Positions 1 to 8,529 of a DNA stretch of 51,774 nt are shown here, one piece after another. The DNA lies in assembly GCA_045546895.1 (NCBI GenBank), contig JAZQDS010000102.1:1-51774 (forward strand). Reading direction: 5' to 3'. Position 1 is the first letter of the stretch. Every line of letters starts with the position of its first letter. The notes under the pieces were generated by a model. It was not told the origin of the DNA. It searched no databases and worked only from the letters and a program-made list of their open reading frames with translations. The translations under genes were made by a program, and so were the position numbers. Source of the DNA: Eubacteriales bacterium (GTDB lineage: Bacteria > Bacillota > Clostridia > Oscillospirales > QAKW01).

Positions 1-1082
1 TGGCCTCCGACTTTGGATTTCGCCTTTGGGGCGGTAATTGCGGCAGTCTCAGGCGCGGTGGATTCAGCAGTATTATTGTTATTATTCTGCGCGGGGGATT
101 GGACGGCGGGGGCATCATCGCTTCGCTCCTTTACATTTTTCAGAATCTTGCCGCTCTTGGCATGGAGGTCGATCTCGTATTCATAGCCGTTTGCAAAAAA
201 TTCCACCTCGTAGACCATTGCGCCGCCCTCGGCATCCAGCTCTACTTCCGCACGCGCTGCGGCATTCTTCGAAACTTTGGCGGCCTTCAGCGCCAGCTCC
301 AGCGCTTTTTCGGAGCCGATATAGGCCTTTTCGCTGGCGGTTCCGCTTTCGTTGACCTGTTCGGGATGAAGCTTTTGCACCAAGAGGGTTAATTCATTGA
401 TGGAAAGATCGATCAAGCCATCAAAGGTATAACGCTCGCTCTTGGCAAGGATTTTGCGAATCAGCTGGGCCTTTCCGCTGCTGATGCCTTCAGTCGGTTC
501 CTCAGCGGCGGGCTCTGCTGTTTGGGTAAGGACTGCGCCGTCAAAGGTCTCCTGATGGAGGAGATCGCCGAGGCGCTCGGCAATTTTTTTCTGCAGCAGC
601 TCTGCCTTGGCAGCATCCTTATGGTCGACCGTTACCAAAACAGAATTGGCAATATCGCTCAGATAGCCTTTTTGGAGCATGGCGCCGATCAGCGCATTCA
701 AGGTAACATCCAGCGCGCTGCCCTTGAAATCAAGATCGCCGATGATGGCGGCACCATCATCATTGAGGGGGATCACATTCAAAACACGCTCTTTTTTATT
801 GATTTCAATATTGATGGCGGGATTGACCTCCAGCGCAACGGTGGAGGCGACCGCATTTTGATTTTGATAGGCAAATACGCCAAAAATTCCGACCAGCGCA
901 ATGGCAAAGGCTGCGGCTATCGCCAAAACGGAACGGGCGGGGAAACGGATTTTATGATCACGGTTTGTCATTTGAATAGCATCTCCTTTCAATTCGGTGG
1001 AGAGCAGATTTTCCGGAAGTTGATTCGGGGGGAGCGCAGAATAGGCTTTGCGAATACGGTTTTCCAAATCTTTTCTTTTCAT
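1..1082 (-). CDS. Anti-sigma factor-like membrane protein (RsgI-like extracellular domain plus PepSY domain); 3' end runs off the window
   Basis: Not in the ORF track because it has no stop in the window. ATG at 1082 overlaps the sigma factor stop (ATGA). Manual translation: MKRKDLENRIRK..., a TM segment, VALEVNPAINIEINKKERVLNVIPLNDDG (RsgI-like), then YIGSEKALELAL...VYEVEFFANGYEYEIDLHAKSGKILK (PepSY). Confidence 0.8.
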   Translation of the reverse strand, partial: MKRKDLENRIRKAYSALPPNQLPENLLSTELKGDAIQMTNRDHKIRFPARSVLAIAAAFAIALVGIFGVFAYQNQNAVASTVALEVNPAINIEINKKERVLNVIPLNDDGAAIIGDLDFKGSALDVTLNALIGAMLQKGYLSDIANSVLVTVDHKDAAKAELLQKKIAERLGDLLHQETFDGAVLTQTAEPAAEEPTEGISSGKAQLIRKILAKSERYTFDGLIDLSINELTLLVQKLHPEQVNESGTASEKAYIGSEKALELALKAAKVSKNAAARAEVELDAEGGAMVYEVEFFANGYEYEIDLHAKSGKILKNVKERSDDAPAVQSPAQNNNNNTAESTAPETAAITAPKAKSKVGG

Positions 1083-1654
1083 TCTTGGCTCTCCTTTTCT
1101 ATGTATTTTTTAAGTTTTTTCAGGGCTCGGTGATATTTGGAAAGAACAGTGGAAAGGGGCAGCTGCATGGCTGCGGCGATTTCCCGATGGCGCATCCCGC
1201 CGAGAACATGGAGAACAACAATCTCCCGCTCCTCATCCGATAATCTTTGCATACATCCTCTCAGCACGATCCGATCCTCCGCATCAGGGCCGTCTTCACC
1301 GGCGGGAAGCAGCGCCCAATCCTCGGGAGGGAGGGTATCGGCCTTTTGGCGCTCTCGGATGGTTTGCAGGCAGCGATTGCGGGCAATGGTGGTAAGCCAT
1401 GCCATTGGCTTTCCTTGGGGCTGATATTGCGATGCTGCGCGCGCGGCGGCAAGATAGCAATCCTGGAGGGCATCCTCCGCATCATGGGTATTTTTCAAAA
1501 TAGAGAGGATATAGCCATAGATTGCTGCTCGGGTATGCTCATAAAGCGCGCTCAGCGCATCGGAATGGCCTTCCGCCAGCTGCGCCAAAGCTTGCTCAAT
1601 TATTTGATTGCGGGTTGATTCGGTTGTTGCGATTGACGTCAGAAAGAACAACAT
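1079..1654 (-). CDS. ECF-type RNA polymerase sigma-70 factor
   Basis: Region 2 (DAEDALQD...WLTTIARN) and region 4 (LSDEEREIVVL...HREIAAAMQLPLSTVLSKYHRALKKLK). ATG at 1654 follows AAGGGG. Confidence 0.92.
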   Translation of the reverse strand: MLFFLTSIATTESTRNQIIEQALAQLAEGHSDALSALYEHTRAAIYGYILSILKNTHDAEDALQDCYLAAARAASQYQPQGKPMAWLTTIARNRCLQTIRERQKADTLPPEDWALLPAGEDGPDAEDRIVLRGCMQRLSDEEREIVVLHVLGGMRHREIAAAMQLPLSTVLSKYHRALKKLKKYIEKESQE

Positions 1655-1860
1655 TTTATTTCCCCTTTCGTTATAATAATGCAAAAACTGCCGATTTTAT
1701 TGCATCTTTTTTAAAATTATAAAAAATTTCCCTGCACTTTGTAAAGAAAAATATTTCAAAAATACGAGTTTATCACTTTCTTTAATTTTCTTCGTAATGT
1801 GTATTAAGGATTAAAAGAATGGAAATAATAGTAACATCAAGAAGAAAGGACAGAGGGAAG

Positions 1861-2196
1861 ATGATTAAACGCGGAGATATTTACTATGCTGATCTTTCGC
1901 CGGTTGTTGGGAGCGAGCAGGGCGGGCTGCGGCCTGTTTTGATTGTTCAAAACGACATCGGTAATCGATATAGCCCTACCGTTATCGCCGCCGCCATTAC
2001 CAGCAAGATTGATAAAGGGCGGCTGCCTACCCATATAAATATTGAAGAATCCTGCGGCTTGCAGCGTAAATCAATGATTCTTTTAGAGCAGGTACGTACA
2101 TTGGATAAGGCTCGCCTGCGGGAGAAGATGGGGCATATCGGCGCCGAAACGATGGAGCAGGTAGATAAGGGGCTGCTGGTTAGCCTCGGATTATAA
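1861..2196 (+). CDS. mazF: MazF/PemK-family endoribonuclease (EndoA/NdoA-like)
   Basis: [48 protein letters not shown] is the Firmicutes MazF signature. Confidence 0.95.
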   Translation: MIKRGDIYYADLSPVVGSEQGGLRPVLIVQNDIGNRYSPTVIAAAITSKIDKGRLPTHINIEESCGLQRKSMILLEQVRTLDKARLREKMGHIGAETMEQVDKGLLVSLGL

Positions 2197-2223
2197 AAAA
2201 AGTCGCCAAACGGCGACTTTTTT
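2195..2223. terminator. Intrinsic terminator after mazF
   Basis: AAAAAAAGTCGCC-AAAC-GGCGACTTTTTT. Confidence 0.85.
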
Positions 2224-2289
2224 CTTTACAAATTGAAGGGTTTGAGAGTATAATATTAAAATGTAGAAAAAAAGAAAGGATTGGCAGGA

Positions 2290-3273
2290 ATGAAGATCAG
2301 AATCGGAATTGCAGGTTATGGTAATCTTGGGCGCGGCGTTGAAAGCGCATTGCGCTCCGCAAAGGATATGGAGGCGGTAGCGGTATTTACCCGCAGAGAT
2401 CCCGCCTCGGTAAAAACCCGTACCGGCTTGCCTGTTTATTATATGGATCGCGCGGCTGAGATGAAGGATCAGATCGATGTTATGATCCTTTGCGGCGGCA
2501 GCGCCAAGGATTTGCCGGAGCAGACCCCTGCGCTGGCGGCTCATTTTAATGTTGTTGATAGCTTTGATACCCATGCCCGCATCCCCGAGCATTATGCGGC
2601 GGTGGATGCCGCCTGCAAGGAGAGCGGTAAGATCGGGATTATCTCTGTTGGCTGGGATCCCGGACTCTTTTCCCTTAATCGCGCCTATGGGCAGGCAATT
2701 TTGCCTAATGGCGCGGATTATACCTTCTGGGGTAAGGGGGTCAGCCAAGGCCATTCCGATGCCATTCGAAGAATTGAGGGGGTATTGGATGCGCGGCAGT
2801 ATACCATTCCGGTGGCAAAGGCTCTGGAGCAGGTAAGAGCGGGGGAGACCCCTGACCTCAGCGTTCGCCAGAAGCATACTCGCGAATGCTATGTTGTTGC
2901 AAAAGAGGGGGCGGATCTGGCGGCCATTGAGCAGGAGATCGTTACCATGCCCAATTATTTTGCCGATTATGATACTACCGTTCATTTTATCTCGATGGAG
3001 GAATTGCAGCGGGAGCATCAGGGCATTCCCCATGGCGGAATGGTATTCCGCAGCGGTACAACCGGCCTTGAGAATGAGCATCATCATATTATTGAATATC
3101 GGCTGCAGCTGGATTCCAATCCCGAATTTACCTCCAGCGTTTTGGTGGCGTATGCCCGCGCGGCTATGCGGCTGGCGCAGGCGGGCGAAAGCGGCTGCAA
3201 AACAGTATTGGATATTGCGCCCGCTTTGATCCATCCCGATAGCGGCGAGGCGCTGCGAGCAAGCCTGCTTTAA
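2290..3273 (+). CDS. ddh: meso-diaminopimelate D-dehydrogenase
   Basis: GYGNLGRG nucleotide-binding motif, DSFDTHA, GWDPG, TFWGKGVSQGHSDA, HGG, SNPEFT. Confidence 0.95.
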   Translation: MKIRIGIAGYGNLGRGVESALRSAKDMEAVAVFTRRDPASVKTRTGLPVYYMDRAAEMKDQIDVMILCGGSAKDLPEQTPALAAHFNVVDSFDTHARIPEHYAAVDAACKESGKIGIISVGWDPGLFSLNRAYGQAILPNGADYTFWGKGVSQGHSDAIRRIEGVLDARQYTIPVAKALEQVRAGETPDLSVRQKHTRECYVVAKEGADLAAIEQEIVTMPNYFADYDTTVHFISMEELQREHQGIPHGGMVFRSGTTGLENEHHHIIEYRLQLDSNPEFTSSVLVAYARAAMRLAQAGESGCKTVLDIAPALIHPDSGEALRASLL

Positions 3274-3280
3274 ATTTTTC

Positions 3281-3308
3281 TTGCAAAATTCAAAAAGTGT
3301 GGTATACT
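3281..3308 (+). promoter_or_regulatory. sigma-A promoter for the riboswitch-oadB transcript
   Basis: TTGCAA, 16-nt spacer, TATACT with an extended TGn; lies 12 nt before the riboswitch. Confidence 0.65.
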
Positions 3309-3319
3309 AATAACGCACG

Positions 3320-3411
3320 ATAAAAGGGAGTAGCCTGCGGAGCAATCCGTAGTAACGGCGTCAATTCGGCTCCTCGGAGCCCGCCTTTATTTTAAATGGC
3401 AAGACTTTTAT
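3320..3411 (+). ncRNA. yybP-ykoY (Mn2+-sensing) riboswitch aptamer
   Basis: Family hallmarks AAAGGGAGTAGC ... CGTCAA ... GGCAAGAC. P1 formed by ATAAAAG/CTTTTAT. Internal hairpins TGCGGA-GCAA-TCCGTA and GGCTCC-TC-GGAGCC. Confidence 0.8.
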
Positions 3412-3445
3412 TGGAGGGGAAGCCCTGCGATAAAAGTCTTTTTTT
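3401..3445 (+). terminator. Riboswitch expression-platform terminator
   Basis: AAGACTTTTAT...ATAAAAGTCTT followed by a T run. The left arm is the 3' strand of aptamer P1, so the two structures are mutually exclusive. Confidence 0.8.
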
Positions 3446-3481
3446 AGTCATTATATATTTGCTTTAAAAAGGAGAAAGGAT

Positions 3482-4576
3482 ATGAGTATTCTTTATGAGA
3501 ACCTGCTGGAATTCAGCTGGCAACAGGGCGTAATGATCCTGATCGGCTGCCTGCTGATCTATCTGGCAATCAAAAAGGAAATGGAGCCTACCCTGCTTTT
3601 GCCGATGGGCTTTGGCACCATCTTGGTCAACATTCCCTTTTCGGAGGCGCTGACCGGACCGATCAAGGAGCTTTACCATGCCGGTATTGCCAATGAGCTT
3701 TTCCCGCTGCTGCTGTTTATCGGTATCGGCGCGATGATCGATTTCGGCCCGCTGCTTACCAATCCTAAGCTGATGCTTTTCGGCGCTGCGGCGCAATTCG
3801 GTATTTTCTTTACCCTCTCGATGGCTTCCATCTTTTTCGGGGATAACGATGCCGCCTCTATCGCCATCATTGGCGCTGCGGATGGTCCTACCTCGATTGC
3901 GGTTGCCAATACCCTGAAATCCGAATATGTCGGCGCGATTACGGTTGCCGCCTATTCCTATATGGCGCTGGTTCCCATCATCCAGCCGCCTGTAATTAAG
4001 GCGCTGACTACCAAAAAAGAGCGGATGATCCGTATGCCCTATGAGCAAAAGGATGTATCTAAGCTGACTCGGATTTTATTCCCCATCATCATTACCATCG
4101 TTGTTTCTGCCATTGTTCCGCAGGCAACTGCGCTGATCGGCTTCTTGATGTTTGGTAATCTGATCCGCGAATGCGGCGTTTTGGATTCTCTTTCCGAAAC
4201 GGCCCAGAAGGTGCTGGCCAATCTGGTAACCATCTTTCTTGGCATCTCGGTTGCTTTCAATATGACCGGCGAGCAGTTTATCAAGGTGGATACCTTGCTG
4301 ATCATGGGCCTTGGCCTGATTGCCTTCATCGTTGATACTGCGGGCGGTGTTCTTTTTGCAAAGTTCCTGAATTTGTTCCTCAAAAAGAAGATCAATCCCA
4401 TGATCGGCGCTGCGGGCATTTCGGCTTTCCCGATGTCCGGCCGTATTGTTCATAAAATGGGCCTGCAGGAGGATCCTCAGAATTTCCTGCTGATGCATTC
4501 CATCGGTGTTAATGTTTCCGGCCAGATCGCATCGGTTATCGCCGGCGGCATTATCCTGAATATGTTTGGTTCTTAA
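3482..4576 (+). CDS. oadB: Na+-translocating decarboxylase beta subunit (OadB/GcdB/MmdB family)
   Basis: EPTLLLPMGFG, FIGIGAMIDFGP, IIGAADGPT, AYSYMALVPIIQPP, GAAGISAFP, GVNVSGQI. Confidence 0.93.
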   Translation: MSILYENLLEFSWQQGVMILIGCLLIYLAIKKEMEPTLLLPMGFGTILVNIPFSEALTGPIKELYHAGIANELFPLLLFIGIGAMIDFGPLLTNPKLMLFGAAAQFGIFFTLSMASIFFGDNDAASIAIIGAADGPTSIAVANTLKSEYVGAITVAAYSYMALVPIIQPPVIKALTTKKERMIRMPYEQKDVSKLTRILFPIIITIVVSAIVPQATALIGFLMFGNLIRECGVLDSLSETAQKVLANLVTIFLGISVAFNMTGEQFIKVDTLLIMGLGLIAFIVDTAGGVLFAKFLNLFLKKKINPMIGAAGISAFPMSGRIVHKMGLQEDPQNFLLMHSIGVNVSGQIASVIAGGIILNMFGS

Positions 4577-4589
4577 GGAGGTTTTAAAA

Positions 4590-4754
4590 ATGCTGAAGTT
4601 TTTTGAAAAAATCGGGCTATCCTTTAATCCCTCCCGCTTTGTTGAGATGCTGGACGAGATGGGAATCGGAATGCTGCTGATCTTTATCCTGATCGGCGTT
4701 ATCATTCTGGCTACCTTATTGATCAATAAGATCTTTTCCAAAAAGGCAAAATAA
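4590..4754 (+). CDS. Small single-TM protein, probable OadG-like (gamma/delta) subunit
   Basis: AAGGAGG RBS; MGIGMLLIFILIGVII TM helix; directly downstream of oadB. Confidence 0.65.
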   Translation: MLKFFEKIGLSFNPSRFVEMLDEMGIGMLLIFILIGVIILATLLINKIFSKKAK

Positions 4755-4760
4755 AAAAAT

Positions 4761-4789
4761 AAAAAAGAGGCAAATTTTGCCTCTTTTTT
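4761..4789. terminator. Bidirectional terminator between oadG-like gene and trkH
   Basis: AAAAAAGAGGCAA-AT-TTTGCCTCTTTTTT. Confidence 0.85.
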
Positions 4790-6260
4790 ATTTTAACTTT
4801 TTCTTTAAACGATTGCTGCGCAGGGAGGAATGCCAGATCTGCGGGCTGAAGAGCAGCAGCATCGGGAAGATTTCCAAGCGGCCTGCCAGCATATCGAAGC
4901 AGAAAACATATTTTGAAAAATCCGAAAACCCGCCATAATTTCCAAATGGGCCGACCTTTGCAAGGCCCGGGCCGATATTATTGATGGTGGCGGCAACGGA
5001 GGTAAAGGTGGTTTCAAAATCAAAGCCATTCAGCGCGATCAAAAGGACGGAGCCGACAAAAACAGCAAGATAGGAAAAAAGGAAGGTACTGACCGAGCGG
5101 GAGGTGCTATGGTCGATGGTTTTACCTTCCAGCCGTACCTTTTTAACGGTGCGGGGATGGATCAGGCGAGAAATCTCATTGCAGGCGGATTTCCACATAA
5201 TCAGGATGCGGGAAACTTTTATTCCGCCGCCTGTGCTGCCCGCGCAGGCGCCGATGAACATCAAAAGAACTAAAATAATCTTTGATAATGATGGCCATAG
5301 ATTGAAATCAGAGATACTGTAGCCGGTGGTTGTTATAATACTGCTTATATGGAAGAAGGCCTGACGGAAGGTATATTCCGCATTGGCAAGGGTAGAGAAG
5401 GTATTGCCGAAAATCAGGAGGGTGGCGCAAAGGATAATGATAATAAACCAGCGCGCTTCCTCGCAGCGGGCTGCTTGCCGCAGATGGCGGCGAACCAGCA
5501 GATAGTAAACATTGAAATTTACGCCAAAGAGAATCATAAAGACGGCAACTATATATTGGCAGGCAGCTGAATAATCGGCAAGGCTCGAATTGCGGATGGC
5601 GAAGCCGCCGGTACCCGCAGAGCCAAAGGAGAGGGTAACCGCATCAAAGACAGGCATTCCCGCAAGGATCAGCAGGAGGATTTCCAAAATGGTCATGGCG
5701 GTATAGATCAGATAAAGAATGATCGCGGTATCGCGGATTTTCGGAACAATTTTGCCAACCTGCGGGCCGGGGCTTTCGGCGCGCATCAGATGCATGGTGG
5801 CGCCGCCGGTAATGGGCAATACCGAAAGGATAAAGACCAAAACGCCCATGCCGCCGATCCAATGGGAAAAGCTGCGCCAGAAAAGGGAGCAATGGGCAAG
5901 CGCTTCAACATCGCTTAAAATGGAAGAGCCTGTTGTTGTAAATCCCGAAACGGTTTCAAAAAAGGCATCGGCAAAGCGGGGAATATCGCCGTTGAGAATA
6001 AACGGCAGGCAGCCGAACAGGCTGAGCATCAGCCAGCTGAGGGCAACGCTGATAAAGCCCTCTTTGGCATAAAAATTCTGATTTTTCGGCTTGCGCAGGG
6101 TAAGCAAAATACCCAGAAGGGCGGTAAGGGCGGCAACGATCAAAAATCCGCCTGCCTGCTGCTCCCGATAGCCGATGCCGATCAGCGCGGGAATGAACAT
6201 CAGCAGCCCTTCAATTTTTAATACATAGCCGATAATATAAAAAATGATATGGAAATTCAT
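4788..6260 (-). CDS. trkH: Trk potassium uptake membrane protein
   Basis: FETVSGFTTTG, WIGGMG, GTGGF, GACAGSTGGGIK, NNIGPG, GRLEIFP. Confidence 0.95.
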   Translation of the reverse strand: MNFHIIFYIIGYVLKIEGLLMFIPALIGIGYREQQAGGFLIVAALTALLGILLTLRKPKNQNFYAKEGFISVALSWLMLSLFGCLPFILNGDIPRFADAFFETVSGFTTTGSSILSDVEALAHCSLFWRSFSHWIGGMGVLVFILSVLPITGGATMHLMRAESPGPQVGKIVPKIRDTAIILYLIYTAMTILEILLLILAGMPVFDAVTLSFGSAGTGGFAIRNSSLADYSAACQYIVAVFMILFGVNFNVYYLLVRRHLRQAARCEEARWFIIIILCATLLIFGNTFSTLANAEYTFRQAFFHISSIITTTGYSISDFNLWPSLSKIILVLLMFIGACAGSTGGGIKVSRILIMWKSACNEISRLIHPRTVKKVRLEGKTIDHSTSRSVSTFLFSYLAVFVGSVLLIALNGFDFETTFTSVAATINNIGPGLAKVGPFGNYGGFSDFSKYVFCFDMLAGRLEIFPMLLLFSPQIWHSSLRSNRLKKKLK

Positions 6261-6263
6261 GGC

Positions 6264-7619
6264 TTATTTCAAAATATCCTTAAAATCATTTAATTTGGTA
6301 GTGCTTGTTACAATAATGACCCGATCCTCGGGCTGAATGGTTGTTTCACCATTGGGGATGATAAAACGCCGCCCGCGGATGATACCGCAAACGATCAGAT
6401 TATCGATCAGCTTCAGCTCCTTTAAAGGGATATTCAGGCCGGGCGCATTTTCATTGATCTTAAATTCCAGAGCCTCAACCCGATCTTCTACCAGCTTATA
6501 GAGGGTTTCAATATTATTTCCCAGCGCATTTTGCTTGGCGCGGGCATAGCTTAAGATGATATCGGTAGTAAGGGTATGGGGGATCACAACGCTATCCAGA
6601 TCCAGATTGGCCACCAGCTCGGTAAAGATGGGGCGATCTACCTTGGTAATGACCTTGGCATTAGACATTTCCCGCGCATAAAGGGAAAGCAAAACATTTT
6701 CCTCATCAAAGCCGGTAAGGGCAACAAAGGCATCGGTAGAGGTAATCCCCTCTTCCAGCAGCAGGCTCTTATCGGAGGCATCGCCCTGAATGATCATCGC
6801 CTCGGGCAGCCGCTCCGAAAGTTCATGGCAGCGCTCCTCATCGATTTCAATGATTTTAACAGAGATATGGGTATCCAGCAATTGGCGGGCCAAATAATAA
6901 GAGATGGTACCGCCGCCGACAATTACAACATCTTTTACCGCATGGGTTTCCATCTTGATCTGGCGGAAGAATTTCAAGGCCTCCCGCGAGGTGGTGATGA
7001 TGGTGGCGCAATCGCCCGCCTGCAAAACAAAATTACCCGAAGGAATGATATATTCTTCCTCCCGCTTGATGCTGCAGAAAAGGAAGGGGGCATGGACCTT
7101 GCTCTTTACGGCGGGCAGGCTTTTTCCGTCCAAAAAGGAGCCCTTGGCAATGCGGAAGGTCAGCAGCTCGGCGCGGCCCTTGGCAAAGGAGGCGATATCG
7201 ATGGCGGAGGGGAAGCGCAGCAACCGCGAGATGGTGGCTGCCGCTTCATATTCGGGGTTGATGATCCGCGAAAGGCCAATCTGCTCGCGGATGAAATCCC
7301 GCTCGTTAAAATACATCGGATTGCGCACCCTTGCGATGGTGGAGCAATTGCCCACCTTCTTGGCAAAGAGGCAGCAGAGCAGATTTTGCTCATCGGAGCC
7401 GGTAGCCGCTATCAAAAGATCTGCTTCCTCCAGCCCTGCCTCCTGCAGGGAAGAAGGATTCATACCATTGCCGACCAAGCCCATAACATCATCATCATCG
7501 CAGATTTGCACAATGCGCTGAGCATTTTGATCGATCATGGTAACATTATGACCTTCGCCGGTTAATGCTGTTGCAAGATTAGCGCCGGATTTACCGCCGC
7601 CTACGATTATAATCTTCAT
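6264..7619 (-). CDS. trkA: Trk potassium uptake NAD-binding regulator
   Basis: Two RCK domains with GxGxxG-like motifs (IVGGGKSG, IVGGGTIS); adjacent to trkH. Confidence 0.95.
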   Translation of the reverse strand: MKIIIVGGGKSGANLATALTGEGHNVTMIDQNAQRIVQICDDDDVMGLVGNGMNPSSLQEAGLEEADLLIAATGSDEQNLLCCLFAKKVGNCSTIARVRNPMYFNERDFIREQIGLSRIINPEYEAAATISRLLRFPSAIDIASFAKGRAELLTFRIAKGSFLDGKSLPAVKSKVHAPFLFCSIKREEEYIIPSGNFVLQAGDCATIITTSREALKFFRQIKMETHAVKDVVIVGGGTISYYLARQLLDTHISVKIIEIDEERCHELSERLPEAMIIQGDASDKSLLLEEGITSTDAFVALTGFDEENVLLSLYAREMSNAKVITKVDRPIFTELVANLDLDSVVIPHTLTTDIILSYARAKQNALGNNIETLYKLVEDRVEALEFKINENAPGLNIPLKELKLIDNLIVCGIIRGRRFIIPNGETTIQPEDRVIIVTSTTKLNDFKDILK

Positions 7620-7698
7620 TTTTGAAAAACCATCGTTTCTTTATTTATTGGTCTTATATTTTATCATAAAACCTTAGAAATAGCAATATAAGAAGAGA

Positions 7699-8403
7699 TT
7701 ATTTTTCGCTATCGGTAATAACGCCGTCCAGCTCATCAATATGGCAAAGCTTAAAAAGAAACTGTTTGCCGCGCTTGGAGCGATCATAAACGAAGATGCT
7801 GCGCTTGGCATGGTGGATCATCAGCCGCCGCAGGCGGGTCTGATCCTCGGAATAATCGCTGATAATGCCGTTTTCATCAATGCCCTGAGAAGAGAAAAAG
7901 CAAACATCGGCATAAAGGGAGGATAATGCATCCTCCGCCAGCTTGCCGACCAGCGCATGGGAATTATCCACCGGCATCCCGCCTAAAAGATAGCAGCGTA
8001 TCTGTCGCCCGTTGAGGCGTTCCGGAATCCGAAGGCTATTGGTAATAATGGTAAGATTTTGCTCGGGCTGGATATAATCGGTAATATGGCAGAGGGTAGT
8101 TGATGCATCGATGAAAACCGTATCCCCGTTTTTCAGCATGGCGGCCGCCTTGGCCGCAAGCTGCGCCTTGGCGGAGGAATGCTCCCGCTCCCGCAGCGCA
8201 AAGGGAACCTCCCGATTGGGATGATCCGGCAGCCCCGCGCCGCCATGGCAGCGGCGGATCAGCCCCGCTGCCTCCAGCTCCTCTAGATCTCTGCGGATGG
8301 TAATCGGCGCAACATAAAGCTCCTGCGCCAGCGCCTGAACCTTGCAGTATTTTTGTTCGGTTAAACGTTTTAAAATATAATCTTGACGCTCTGATTTGAT
8401 CAT
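7699..8403 (-). CDS. DeoR/GlpR family transcriptional regulator
   Basis: TIRRDLEELE...RCHGGA HTH; VFIDASTT; TIITNS. Confidence 0.93.
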   Translation of the reverse strand: MIKSERQDYILKRLTEQKYCKVQALAQELYVAPITIRRDLEELEAAGLIRRCHGGAGLPDHPNREVPFALREREHSSAKAQLAAKAAAMLKNGDTVFIDASTTLCHITDYIQPEQNLTIITNSLRIPERLNGRQIRCYLLGGMPVDNSHALVGKLAEDALSSLYADVCFFSSQGIDENGIISDYSEDQTRLRRLMIHHAKRSIFVYDRSKRGKQFLFKLCHIDELDGVITDSEK

Positions 8404-8467
8404 AATTGTTCGTTTTTGAGCGCTTTTTGCTCAAAAAATGCTCCTTTATCAACTTTTTGGTCATCTA

Positions 8468-8496
8468 TTGACACAAAAACATTCAGTTTGTATAAT
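8468..8496 (+). promoter_or_regulatory. Consensus sigma-A promoter
   Basis: TTGACA, 17-nt spacer, TATAAT; upstream of AAAGAGGAGG and the ATG at 8530. Confidence 0.85.
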
Positions 8497-8529
8497 TGTA
8501 GCATAAGCTAAAGAGGAGGTCAATAATAA

